Positions 1-9,196 of a stretch of DNA of 64,000 nucleotides are shown here, in pieces. The notes under the pieces were generated by a model that had not been told where the DNA came from, did not search any database, and saw only the letters and a list, made by a program, of their open reading frames with translations. The stretch's first letter is position 1. Each line of letters starts with the position of its first letter. The position numbers and the translations under genes were made by a program. This stretch comes from Pseudomonadota bacterium (lineage in GTDB: Bacteria; Pseudomonadota; Alphaproteobacteria; Sphingomonadales; Sphingomonadaceae): the NCBI GenBank assembly GCA_021849075.1, contig JAJZTH010000016.1:1505-65504 (forward strand), written 5' to 3'.

Positions 1-890
1 CGCACCACCTGTTCGATCTTGTCGGTCAGCGCCTTGGGCGCATCATCGAACAGCAGATGCGCCTCATCGAAGAAGAAGACCAGCTTGGGCTTGTCCGGGT
101 CGCCGACCTCGGGCAGCGTCTCGAACAATTCGCTCAGCAGCCACAGCAGGAAGGTCGCATAGAGTTTGGGCGACTGCATCAGCTTGTCGGCGGCCAGCAC
201 ATTCACATAGCCGCGCCCCTTGTCGTCCACCTGCAACATGTCGTGAATGTCGAGCGCGGGTTCGCCGAAGAAATGGTCGCCGCCCTGGCTTTCCAGTTGC
301 AGCAATTGCCGCTGGATCGCGCCGACGCTGGCCTTGGTGACATTGCCATAGCGCGCCGACAGCGTGTCGGCATTGTCCGCGCAATAGGCCAGCATCGCCT
401 GCAAATCGCCCAGGTCCAGCAGCAACAGCCCTTCTTCATCGGCATATTTGAACGCGATCGACAGCACGCCTTCCTGCGTTTCGTTGAGGCCCATCAGCCG
501 CGCCAGCAGCAGCGGTCCCATTTCGCTGACGGTGGTGCGGATCGGATGACCCTGTTCCCCATAGAGATCCCAGAAGATGGCCGGATTATCGGCATAGGCA
601 TAATCGGACATGCCGACTTCCGCGGCGCGCGCGACCAGCTTGTCGGCATTTTTCGCGGTGGGCGAACCGGCCATGGAGATGCCGGCCAGATCGCCCTTCA
701 CATCGGCCAGAAACACCGGCACGCCCAGCGCTGAAAAGCTTTCGGCAATGCCCTGCAACGTCACCGTCTTGCCCGTGCCGGTCGCCCCGGCGATCAGCCC
801 GTGCCGGTTGGCGCGGCGCAGGTTCAGCGTCTGGGGAACCCCGCCATCCTTGTCCGGTGCGCCAAGGCCGATGAAAATGCCGTCGCTCAT
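1..890 (-). CDS. HerA-like/DUF853 P-loop ATPase (YjgR family), N-terminal part; the gene continues past the window start
   Basis: Reverse translation from the ATG at 888-890 gives [46 protein letters not shown]... with Walker A GATGTGKT and later [13 protein letters not shown]. The frame is open to position 1, so it is absent from the ORF track. The 57-734 + ORF is its antisense shadow. Confidence 0.8.
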   Translation of the reverse strand, partial: MSDGIFIGLGAPDKDGGVPQTLNLRRANRHGLIAGATGTGKTVTLQGIAESFSALGVPVFLADVKGDLAGISMAGSPTAKNADKLVARAAEVGMSDYAYADNPAIFWDLYGEQGHPIRTTVSEMGPLLLARLMGLNETQEGVLSIAFKYADEEGLLLLDLGDLQAMLAYCADNADTLSARYGNVTKASVGAIQRQLLQLESQGGDHFFGEPALDIHDMLQVDDKGRGYVNVLAADKLMQSPKLYATFLLWLLSELFETLPEVGDPDKPKLVFFFDEAHLLFDDAPKALTDKIEQVV

Positions 891-912
891 TGCTGCAACT
901 CCGAAAAGAAAA

Positions 913-954
913 CCCGTTCGCCCTGAGCCTTGCGACAGGCTCAGCCCGAACGGG
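913..954. repeat. Imperfect 42-nt hairpin related to the CGTTCG(SSS)CTGAGC intergenic repeat family
   Basis: cccgttcgccctgagcc-ttgcgac-aggctcagcccgaacggg. The arms pair except for a ccc/ccc internal loop. It lies between the degP stop and the HerA-like gene start. Confidence 0.6.
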
Positions 955-1006
955 TCTGATAGGGCGTCCTCACTCTACCGGGTGAGGGCGTTTGGGCAAG
1001 CGTCGC

Positions 1007-2512
1007 TTATTTGTCGCGCAGGCGAACCGGCAGGAAGATCGCCGCCTGGCCACGGCGCAGCACCTGCAACAATACGGCGTTGCGGCCCTGCGCGGATACG
1101 GCCTTCACCTGCGCGTCAAGTTCCGCCTGGCTCGCGACCGGGCGATTGTTGGCGCTGATAATGACGTCGCCGCGACGCAGGCCCTTGGCCCCCGCATCGG
1201 TCGATCCGTCGACGGCGGTGATCACGATGCCGCGCGTGTCGGCGGCGACGCCCAGTTGGCGAATGATCCCCGGCGTCAACGGGATGGCGGAAATGCCCAG
1301 CGACTGTTCGGTCGCCTTGCCCGGATTTTGCGGCTGCTGGCTGAAATCCTCATCGCCCTGCTGCTGGGCGAAGTTGTTCAGCTCGTCTTCCGACGGGCGC
1401 TCGCCCACAACGGCGTTCACCGTCATGCGCTGACCGTTGCGAATAAGGACGATGGGCACGCGCGCGCCGATCGCCTGATTGGCGACGATCGAGGACAGGT
1501 TCTGGTCCACGGTCACTTCCTGCCCGGCGACGCTGACGATCACATCGCCGGCTTTGATTCCGGCCTTTTCCGCGCCCTTGCCCGGCTCGACGCCCTGGAT
1601 GAATTCGCCGCTATTCTTGGCCAGACCCAGCGAATCGGCCAAGTCTTCGCCCAGCGGGCTGATCTGCACGCCCAGATAGCCGCGCTTGATCGCCTGACCC
1701 TTGCGCAGCGTGTCCACGATCGGCGCCGCCTGTTCCGACGGAATGGCGAAACCGATGCCGACATTGCCGCCCGATGGCGACAGAATCTGGCTGTTGATGC
1801 CGATCACATTGCCGCGCATGTCGAACATCGGGCCGCCGGAGTTGCCCTGGTTGATCGATGCGTCGGTCTGGATGAACTTGTCATAGCTGCCGCCGGTGCC
1901 GCGATGCAGGGCGGAAATGATGCCCGCCGTCACCGTACCCGACAAGGCGAAGGGGTTGCCGATCGCGACCACCCAGTCGCCCACGCGCGACTTGGTGCTG
2001 TCGCCGAACTTCACGAAGGGCAGGGGGGTGGGCGATTCGATCTTCAGCACCGCCAGATCGGTCGCGGCGTCGCGGCCGACCAGCTTGGCGGGATATTCCT
2101 TCTTGTTGGTCAGCGTGACGGTGATCGAATCCACGCTGGCGCCTTCCGCGCCGGCCGACACCACATGATTGTTGGTGACGATATAGCCGTCGGCCGAAAT
2201 GATGAAGCCCGAACCCAGCGACTGGGCCTGACGGGTCTGGGGCTGGCCGCCCTGACCCTGGCCGAACAGGTCGCCAAAGGGAGTGCCGGCGAAGGGGTTC
2301 TGCACCTGCACGCGCTGCTTGGTCGAAATATTGACGACGGCGGGTTGCAGCTTTTCGACCATGTCGGCCAGGCTGGCGGGCGCGCCTGCCGGGGCTGCCG
2401 CCGTCAATCCTTCATTCTGCGCGACCTGCGCGCCGACATTGGAGCTGGTGGTGACGGCAATGGCGGTGCCGCCGAGCAGCAGGGCGCCGGTGATGGCATA
2501 AGCGTAACGCAC
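1007..2512 (-). CDS. degP: Do/DegP/HtrA-family periplasmic serine endoprotease with two PDZ-like C-terminal regions
   Basis: ORF 1007-2638 contains GNSGGPMF (catalytic Ser), HVV and D...LAVLKI motifs. I prefer the GTG at 2510-2512, which is preceded by AGAGGA and gives the signal-like N-terminus (M)RYAYAITGALLLGGTAIAVTT. The upstream ATGs at 2599 and 2638 lack an SD. Confidence 0.9.
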   Translation of the reverse strand: MRYAYAITGALLLGGTAIAVTTSSNVGAQVAQNEGLTAAAPAGAPASLADMVEKLQPAVVNISTKQRVQVQNPFAGTPFGDLFGQGQGGQPQTRQAQSLGSGFIISADGYIVTNNHVVSAGAEGASVDSITVTLTNKKEYPAKLVGRDAATDLAVLKIESPTPLPFVKFGDSTKSRVGDWVVAIGNPFALSGTVTAGIISALHRGTGGSYDKFIQTDASINQGNSGGPMFDMRGNVIGINSQILSPSGGNVGIGFAIPSEQAAPIVDTLRKGQAIKRGYLGVQISPLGEDLADSLGLAKNSGEFIQGVEPGKGAEKAGIKAGDVIVSVAGQEVTVDQNLSSIVANQAIGARVPIVLIRNGQRMTVNAVVGERPSEDELNNFAQQQGDEDFSQQPQNPGKATEQSLGISAIPLTPGIIRQLGVAADTRGIVITAVDGSTDAGAKGLRRGDVIISANNRPVASQAELDAQVKAVSAQGRNAVLLQVLRRGQAAIFLPVRLRDK

Positions 2513-2647
2513 TCGTGACGGTCCTCTTCGAAACTGCGGGATAGGGAAGGCGGGACTTGGGGGAAGCCCAGCCATGCGCCGCCTTGCCTTAACCCTCATT
2601 GAATGACGCTGGTTCCGTAATGATCCCGCAGGATACATGACGAAAGT

Positions 2648-3493
2648 TTAACGTCCTCCCTGAAACTGGCGCAGGAACTGGTTGTCCGGCGACAGGATGA
2701 TATTGGTCTGCCCGCTGCGTTCGGGCGAGAAGGTGTAGCGATAGCTCTGCATGGCCCGATAGAAATCGTAGAAACTCGGGTCCTTGCCATAGCTTTCGGC
2801 ATAGATGCGCGCGGCGTTGGCGTCCGCTTCGGCGCGGATGATCTGCGCCTGCTTGGCCCCCTGCGCCTCGATCGTCAGCGCTTCCTGCTTGCGCGCGGTG
2901 CTCATACGGGTGAAGGCGCTTTCCAGCGGCGTGCCGTCGGGCAGGTCGGCGCGCTTGATCCGCACGTCGACGATCTGCGCGCCATATTGGCGGGCGACCC
3001 GGTTCAGGCCGGCCTCGATATTGTCCATCACCTGACCGCGCTCGGGGCTGAGCAGCGCGGCGAAGGGCCGCTTGCCCAGTTCGTTGCGCAGCGCGGACCC
3101 CAGAATCGGGCGCAACGCATCCGACACCTTCTCCTCGCTGCCCGCCGTGATGTACATGCGCAGCGGATTGACGATGCGATAGCGGGCGAAGGCGTCGACC
3201 TGCAGGCGCAACTGGTCGGTCGACAGCACCTGCTGCCGCTCCATTTCGACCGAAAGGACGCGCTTGTCGATCCAGACGATCTGGTCGATGAAGGGCGCGC
3301 GCAGGATGATGCCCGCGCCCGTCTGGCCGAAATTCTCGTTAGGGCGATAGCGGTTGACGATGGCCTTTGGCTCGCCAAAGCGCACGATCACGCCTTGTCG
3401 GGTTTCCGGCACGATCGCGACCGTGCTGCCCAGCAGGATGAGGGCGACCAGCGCGATGATGGCAAGGCCGACGGGATGACGCAAAATGGACAT
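2648..3493 (-). CDS. hflC: Protease modulator HflC (SPFH/band-7)
   Basis: 281-aa ORF with an N-terminal TM segment and an SPFH domain pattern. Its start overlaps the hflK stop (TAATG). Confidence 0.9.
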   Translation of the reverse strand: MSILRHPVGLAIIALVALILLGSTVAIVPETRQGVIVRFGEPKAIVNRYRPNENFGQTGAGIILRAPFIDQIVWIDKRVLSVEMERQQVLSTDQLRLQVDAFARYRIVNPLRMYITAGSEEKVSDALRPILGSALRNELGKRPFAALLSPERGQVMDNIEAGLNRVARQYGAQIVDVRIKRADLPDGTPLESAFTRMSTARKQEALTIEAQGAKQAQIIRAEADANAARIYAESYGKDPSFYDFYRAMQSYRYTFSPERSGQTNIILSPDNQFLRQFQGGR

Positions 3494-4632
3494 TATTGGC
3501 CCTCCGTCGCGGTGGCGCTGCTCGCGCTTTGGGCCGGGGCCGCCTGCGCACGCTTCTTGAGTTCAGGCAACGGCAGATAGGGCGTCACATTATTGCCTTC
3601 GACGATGGTCTTGTCGACGTTGGACAATACGCCCTCCATGGTTTCATAATACATGCGCCGGCGCGTCACTTCGGGCGCCAGCTTATACTGCTCATACACC
3701 TTGTCGAACGCGGCGGCCTCGCCCTGCGCCTTGGCCGTCACCTGCTGCGCGGCGGCGCGCGCCTGATTGAGGTAGGTCTGGGCGGTCTGCTGAGCGGCGG
3801 ACACGGCCTTGAACGCATCGTTGACGGCGGTCGGCGGATCGGCCTGCTTGATCGCGACGCCCTGGATGCGGATGCCCGACTTATAGCTGTCCAGGATTTC
3901 CTGCATTTTCTGCTCGACCTGCTGCTCGATGCTGCTGCGGCCCGCGCCCAGCGCATCGTCCAGGCTGACGCTGGCCAGCACCGACCGCATGGCGCTTTCG
4001 GCGACCTCGCGCACGCTGGTGTCGGGATCGGACAGCTGGAACAGATACAGCTCCGGGTTGCGGATGTTCCAGCGCACCGAATAAGCGAGGTCGATGATGT
4101 TCTGGTCGCCGGTCAGCACCAGATTTTCGCTCTCCGCGCTCACCGATCCGATGTCGATGGTGCGGATTTCCTCGACATCCACGGTCGTCACCGCCTCGAA
4201 CGGGGCGGGCAGGGTCAGGCTGATGCCGGGGGAAAGGGTGCGGCTATATTTGCCAAGGAAGGTCACGACGCCGCGCTCCTGCGGGCCGACGCGGTGGAAA
4301 CTGGTCAATACCAGCCACAGGATGACGACGATGCTGACCGCAAAAGGCCACAGCGCCTTGCCGGCGCCACGCGGCGGCATGCCGCCAAAGCCGCCGCCAT
4401 TGCCGCCACCGCCGCCCTGGCCAAAGCTTTCACGGCCCCGGCGCAGCAATTCCTCGATCGCCGACGGCCCCTTGGGATTGCCGCCGGACGGCTTGCCCGG
4501 CTGGGTCCACGGATTGCGGGGGCCGCCGTCGCCACCCTTCTGTCCGTCCCCGTCAGGTCCGTCATTCTTGCCGCCCCATGGGCCTTGGACCATTGCTGCG
4601 ATCGCGGGCATCCACCCGAATTTTCTTCTCAT
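3493..4632 (-). CDS. hflK: Protease modulator HflK (SPFH/band-7) with a Gly-rich N-terminus
   Basis: 379-aa ORF with a PWGG..GGGGGNGGGFGG low-complexity head, a TM segment and an SPFH domain. The ATG at 4632 is preceded by GAAGG. Confidence 0.9.
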   Translation of the reverse strand: MRRKFGWMPAIAAMVQGPWGGKNDGPDGDGQKGGDGGPRNPWTQPGKPSGGNPKGPSAIEELLRRGRESFGQGGGGGNGGGFGGMPPRGAGKALWPFAVSIVVILWLVLTSFHRVGPQERGVVTFLGKYSRTLSPGISLTLPAPFEAVTTVDVEEIRTIDIGSVSAESENLVLTGDQNIIDLAYSVRWNIRNPELYLFQLSDPDTSVREVAESAMRSVLASVSLDDALGAGRSSIEQQVEQKMQEILDSYKSGIRIQGVAIKQADPPTAVNDAFKAVSAAQQTAQTYLNQARAAAQQVTAKAQGEAAAFDKVYEQYKLAPEVTRRRMYYETMEGVLSNVDKTIVEGNNVTPYLPLPELKKRAQAAPAQSASSATATEGQ

Positions 4633-4706
4633 GCTGCCTTCTATAGGAAGGCTCTTCTCCGAAAAACAGTGCCAATGGCTGCGAATATTGCCTACAGGGC
4701 GTCGCC

Positions 4707-5672
4707 ATGACCGATCTTGCCGATTTTGCCGCCCGTTTGACTGCCCTGACCGATGGCCGCGCCAGCACGCCGCGCGTCAAGGATGGGGTGATGACCCTTG
4801 CGCTCGACGTGGGCGGCCTCGCCCCGGATAAACGGGACGGGCTGGCCGCCGCCATTCGCGAAGGCGGCCTGACCGTGCCGGGCGTGAGTGATGTGCGCAT
4901 CGCCATGACGGCTGAAAAGAAGGTGCTGAAAATCCTCGCCGTCGCCTCGGGCAAGGGCGGGGTGGGCAAATCGACCCTGTCGGCCAATCTCGCCGTTGCG
5001 CTCCAGCGTCTGGGCATTCGGGTCGGGCTGGTCGACGCCGATATTTATGGTCCCTCGCAGGCCAAGCTGATGGGCAGCGAAGATCAAAAGCCCGTCGCCC
5101 GCGACAAGAAGCTGGTGCCCGTCACCGGCGTCGCCGGCATTCCGATGCTGTCGATGGCGCATCTGGTGGAGCCGGGCAAGGCGCTGGCCTGGCGCGGGCC
5201 GATGGTCGGCAATGCGCTCAGCCAGTTGATCGAGGCGGAATGGGGGGACACCGAACTGCTGGTGGTCGACATGCCGCCGGGCACCGGCGACATTCAGCTG
5301 ACCATGGTGCAAAAGCATAAGCCCGCCGGCGCCGTGATCGTCTCCACGCCGCAGGATCTGGCCCTGATCGACGCCACCCGCGCCGTCAGCCTGTTTGCGC
5401 AGGCCGGCGTGCCGATGGTCGGGCTGGTCGAAAATATGGCCGGCTATGCCTGTCCCCATTGCGGCGAAATCTCCGATCCCTTCGGGCAGGGCGGGGCCGA
5501 AGCCACGGCGGGCGATCTTGCCATGCCGTTTCTGGGCCGCATCCCGCTGGCGATCGACATCCGCCGCCGCTCCGACGCTGGCGATCCGCCTGCTGCCGGC
5601 GATGGTCCTTATGCCGACGCCTTCGCCGCGATCGCGCAAAAGGTGGCCGACTGGCTCAAGCAACCAGCCTGA
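4707..5672 (+). CDS. apbC: Mrp/NBP35/ApbC-family Fe-S cluster carrier ATPase
   Basis: KILAVASGKGGVGKST deviant Walker A and a CPHCG motif near the C-terminus. Confidence 0.9.
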   Translation: MTDLADFAARLTALTDGRASTPRVKDGVMTLALDVGGLAPDKRDGLAAAIREGGLTVPGVSDVRIAMTAEKKVLKILAVASGKGGVGKSTLSANLAVALQRLGIRVGLVDADIYGPSQAKLMGSEDQKPVARDKKLVPVTGVAGIPMLSMAHLVEPGKALAWRGPMVGNALSQLIEAEWGDTELLVVDMPPGTGDIQLTMVQKHKPAGAVIVSTPQDLALIDATRAVSLFAQAGVPMVGLVENMAGYACPHCGEISDPFGQGGAEATAGDLAMPFLGRIPLAIDIRRRSDAGDPPAAGDGPYADAFAAIAQKVADWLKQPA

Positions 5673-5854
5673 CGAAATAACGTCCCCTCCCGCGTGCGGG
5701 AGGGGCGGCGAGACTTAATGAGCGCAGCGAATTTAGTCGCAGCGGGGTGGGCAGCCGCCCGCTGTCCTACACCCCATTCGCCACCCATAATCGCGCCCTG
5801 CGCTTCCAGCGCCAAGCCGCGCCCACTTTTCGATAGGATCAGACCAGCGCAACA

Positions 5855-5890
5855 AAATGTCCGATTCTGCGGGAAATATGCGAAGTTAAG
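5855..5890 (+). repeat. Copy A of a 36-nt conserved intergenic element (AAATGTC-N6-TGCGGGAAATATGCGAAGTTAAG)
   Basis: 23/23 nt identical and 31/36 overall to the reverse complement of 17422-17457. It lies in a 235-bp spacer between the convergent apbC and GNAT genes. Confidence 0.7.
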
Positions 5891-5907
5891 CCTTGGGGCG
5901 GTCGCCG

Positions 5908-6378
5908 TTAAATCCGCAAATGCAGAAACTGGTTGAAGGCGCTCGCATGATATCCCCCGAACGCCTCGCCCTCCATGAAACCATGCGCGCGGTACAGCGC
6001 CAACGCCGGATCGAAGGCCGGCCCGCTCCCGGTTTCCAGGCTCAGCCGCGTCATCCCCCGATCCCGCGCCTGCCCAATGATATGCCGCAGCAATGCAGCC
6101 GCCACCCCGCGCCGCAAATGGTCGGGGTGGGTCCGCATCGACTTGATCTCGCCCCTGATCTCACAGTCATCGGCCACCAGCACCCTTAGCGCGCCGACCC
6201 CGGCAATGGCCGCCCCGTCCCATGCGGTCCACACCGCTATGTCGGGCCGTTGCAATCCCGACAGGTCCAGGGCGAACACGGCTTCGGCCGGGCTGTTCGC
6301 CTGCATGCCTGAAAGGTGCAGCGCCAGCAGCGCGCGGGTTTGCGGATCGGTCAGGTCGTCGGGGCGAATGTCGAACAT
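5908..6378 (-). CDS. GNAT-family N-acetyltransferase
   Basis: ORF 5908-6432 with a RRGVAAALLRHIIGQARDRG acetyl-CoA-binding-like motif. The start is either 6378 (MFDIRPDD) or 6432; neither has a strong SD. Confidence 0.75.
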   Translation of the reverse strand: MFDIRPDDLTDPQTRALLALHLSGMQANSPAEAVFALDLSGLQRPDIAVWTAWDGAAIAGVGALRVLVADDCEIRGEIKSMRTHPDHLRRGVAAALLRHIIGQARDRGMTRLSLETGSGPAFDPALALYRAHGFMEGEAFGGYHASAFNQFLHLRI

Positions 6379-6455
6379 GGGCCAAGCACTAACCGGCGCT
6401 CCGCGTCTTGCAAGCGGCCATATCCTCCCCATGTCCGTCGGGAAAGGAAACGCCC

Positions 6456-6890
6456 ATGCCGCTCACCGCCCCGCAGGATATCGCCGCATTGCTGGAAGGA
6501 ACCCGCACCATTGCGCTGGTCGGCATGTCCGACCGGCCCGACCGCGCCAGCTACAGCGTGATGGCCTTCCTCCAGAATCACGGCTATCGCGTCCTGCCGG
6601 TCAATCCGCAGATTGCGGGCGAACATGTTCACGGCGAATTTGTTTGGGGTCGCCTGCCCGACATCGGCGTGCCGATCGACATGGTCGATATTTTCCGCCG
6701 CAGCGAAGCGGCCGGCGATGTGGTGGACGAAGCGATTGCCGCCGGCGCAAAATCGGTCTGGATGCAGCTAGGCGTCGTCAACGAAGCCGCCGCCGCCCGT
6801 GCCGAGGCGGCCGGTCTTCAGGTCGTGATGGACCGTTGCCCCGCGATCGAGATCCCCCGTCTGGGCGTTGCGCCGATTTCCGCCGATTAA
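6456..6890 (+). CDS. CoA-binding domain protein (YccU/YneT-like)
   Basis: [35 protein letters not shown]...GYRVLPVNP is a typical CoA_binding_2 pattern. AGGAAA lies 7 nt upstream of the ATG at 6456. Confidence 0.8.
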   Translation: MPLTAPQDIAALLEGTRTIALVGMSDRPDRASYSVMAFLQNHGYRVLPVNPQIAGEHVHGEFVWGRLPDIGVPIDMVDIFRRSEAAGDVVDEAIAAGAKSVWMQLGVVNEAAAARAEAAGLQVVMDRCPAIEIPRLGVAPISAD

Positions 6891-6928
6891 CCCTAGGCAG
6901 CGCGCCAAGCCCCGACTATCAGGCAGGC

Positions 6929-9196
6929 ATGGCGCGCGCACCGCGGAAGCAATCGAACAAGAGCAAAGGCGTCAGCCGGCGGACCTTGCTGGTCGGCGGC
7001 GGCGCTGCGGCGGGCCTGCTGATCGCATGGGGCGCATGGCCGCGCAGCTACCGGCCCAATCTCAACGCCGGCCCGACCGAAACGATCGTCAACGCCTTCC
7101 TGAAGATCGACCGGTCCGGCCAGATCATCGTCGTCGTGCCGCAGACGGAGATGGGTCAGGGCGTCACCACCGTCCTGCCACAGATATTGGCGGATGAACT
7201 GGGCGCAGACTGGCGCACGGTCGCGGTCCAGAGCGCGCCGGTCAGCCCGCTCTACGCCAACACGCTGCTGGCGAGAGAATGGCTGGCGAGCGACTGGACC
7301 CGCGTGCTGGGCGATGCGGGCGACTGGGCGATCGGCCAATATGCGACCCGCAGCGCGCTGATGCTGACGGGCGGCGGCACATCGATCCCGATGTTCCATG
7401 ACGCCTATCGCGATGCCGGCGCGGCCGCGCGGGTGTTGTTGTGCAAAGCGGCGGCGGCGCGCTGGTCCATCCCCTGGGAAAGCTGCGACATTCAGGACGG
7501 CCTGATTTCCGATGGCGCCGAACGGCGGATGAAGATCGGCGACGTCGTCGGCGAAGCGGTGCAGTTCGACCTGCCAGATATCCTGCCCTATCGGCAGGGG
7601 CAGGACGGGCGCCTGTCCGGGCAGGATCTGCCACGCCTGGACACCCCGTCCAAGATTGACGGCAGCCATAATTTCGCCGCCGACATTCGCCTGCCCGACA
7701 TGGTCTATGCCTCGATCCGGCAGGGACCGATCGGCGACGCCGTTCTTGCAGGAACGGACGATCGCGCAGCTGGCGGCGTCACCGGCTTCCTCAAGCTGGT
7801 GAAGCAGGAGCGCTGGGTCGCCGCCGTCGCCAGCAACTGGTGGGCCGCCAACAAGGCGCTGGATCTGGCCGACCCGGCCTTCATGCTGCGCGGCAAGCCA
7901 GTCAGCAGCGGCGGCATCGACGAAGCGCTGGAAAACGCCTTCTCCTCATCCGCCGGTCGCCGCCTCTATGCGCAGGGCGACCTGCTGCCGGTGTTCGAAG
8001 GGGCGACGATCCTCGCCAGCGAATATCAGGTCGACGCCGGCCTGCATCTTGCCCTTGAACCCCTGTCCGCCACCGCCCGCATTACCGACGATGGCGCGGA
8101 AGTCTGGATGGCGACGCAGGCCCCCGGCCTGGCCCGCGCCGCGATCGCCGACGCGCTTGGCCTGTCCGCCGACGCGGTGACGCTCTATCCGCTCCATGCC
8201 GGCGGCTCCTTCGGGCGCAAGATGGACTGGGAAGCGGGCGTGCAGGCGGCGCTCATCGCCCGCGACATGGGGCGTCCGGTGCAGTTGCAATGGTCCCGGC
8301 TGGAAGATGTTGTGCAGGATCGGCCCAGCGCGCCGGCCCATGCCCGCATGGCCGCCAAGCTCGGCCGCAACGGCGCGATCGAAGGCTGGCTGGCCAAGGT
8401 CGCGACCCCCTGCGCCATGACGCAAACATGGGCGCGGATCGCCGATGGCAAGCTGCCCCATGAAGCAGCGGAGGATGCCGCCGACACGGCGACCCGCCTC
8501 GCCGTTGCGGGCATGGCGCCGCCCTACGCCATTCCCAATTGGGCGGTGGATCATTATCCGGCCAATGTCGGCCTGCCGCTTGGCTTTACCCGGGGGAATG
8601 CGCATCTGCACAGCGCCTTCTTCACCGAAAGCTTCCTCGATGAACTGGCGCATCTGGCGAATATGGAGGCCATGTCCTTCCGCATCCAGATGCTGGGTGG
8701 CAATCCGCGGCTGGCCCATTGCCTGTCGACGGCGGCGGCGATGGGCGGCTGGCAGGGCGGCGTGCCGGGCAGCGGGCAGGGGCTGGCTGCGCATATGATG
8801 AACGGCGCCTATGCCGCTATGATGGTGGAGGCCGAAATGAGCGGCGACCGGCTGAACGTCAGCCGTATCGTCGCGGCGGTCGATGCCGGGGATCAGGTCC
8901 ATCCCGATATTGCGCGGCAACAGATTGAAAGCGGTCTGGTCTATGGCCTTGCCTATGCCATGGGCGCGTCCGTCCCCTATGAAGCCGGCCTGCCGACCCG
9001 CGCAATATTGGGCCGGATGAACCTGCCGCGCCTTGCCGACATTGGCGAAGTGACGGTCGAGCTGATGCGCAGCACGGCCGATCCCGCCGGCGTCAGCGAT
9101 CTTGCCGCGCCGCTGGTCGCCCCCGCCATCGCCAACGCCCTGTACACATGGACAGGTCAGCGTTTGCGCAGCCTGCCATTAGTGGGTGCCGCATGA
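6929..9196 (+). CDS. Xanthine-dehydrogenase-family molybdopterin-binding subunit (IorB/aldehyde oxidoreductase beta-like) with a Tat signal
   Basis: This is the in-frame internal start of the 5975-9196 ORF: MARAPRKQSNKSKGVSRRTLLVGGGAAAG, then QTEMGQGVTTVLPQILADELG. The upstream 953 nt of the ORF overlap two other genes and are not coding. Confidence 0.85.
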   Translation: MARAPRKQSNKSKGVSRRTLLVGGGAAAGLLIAWGAWPRSYRPNLNAGPTETIVNAFLKIDRSGQIIVVVPQTEMGQGVTTVLPQILADELGADWRTVAVQSAPVSPLYANTLLAREWLASDWTRVLGDAGDWAIGQYATRSALMLTGGGTSIPMFHDAYRDAGAAARVLLCKAAAARWSIPWESCDIQDGLISDGAERRMKIGDVVGEAVQFDLPDILPYRQGQDGRLSGQDLPRLDTPSKIDGSHNFAADIRLPDMVYASIRQGPIGDAVLAGTDDRAAGGVTGFLKLVKQERWVAAVASNWWAANKALDLADPAFMLRGKPVSSGGIDEALENAFSSSAGRRLYAQGDLLPVFEGATILASEYQVDAGLHLALEPLSATARITDDGAEVWMATQAPGLARAAIADALGLSADAVTLYPLHAGGSFGRKMDWEAGVQAALIARDMGRPVQLQWSRLEDVVQDRPSAPAHARMAAKLGRNGAIEGWLAKVATPCAMTQTWARIADGKLPHEAAEDAADTATRLAVAGMAPPYAIPNWAVDHYPANVGLPLGFTRGNAHLHSAFFTESFLDELAHLANMEAMSFRIQMLGGNPRLAHCLSTAAAMGGWQGGVPGSGQGLAAHMMNGAYAAMMVEAEMSGDRLNVSRIVAAVDAGDQVHPDIARQQIESGLVYGLAYAMGASVPYEAGLPTRAILGRMNLPRLADIGEVTVELMRSTADPAGVSDLAAPLVAPAIANALYTWTGQRLRSLPLVGAA

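Noticed and set aside
1007-2638. Longest-ORF starts for degP (2638), GH3 (26034), ilvD (17369) and phoR (56664)
   Set aside because: The N-terminal extensions are Arg/Pro-rich, lack an SD, and in two cases would swallow operator-like or divergent-gene sequence. Internal starts with an SD and/or a proper signal peptide fit better. The start codons remain uncertain by a few codons.
5855-5890. Reading the shared 36-nt element as a sigma-54 (-24/-12) promoter
   Set aside because: TGTC..TTGC/CTGC is present, but the GG of the -24 box is missing and the spacing between the boxes is too short relative to TGGCAC-N5-TTGC.
5975-6928. N-terminal 318 codons of the 1073-aa ORF 5975-9196
   Set aside because: This stretch overlaps the GNAT gene (opposite strand) and the CoA-binding gene (another frame). 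The recognisable protein begins with a Tat signal at the internal ATG at 6929.
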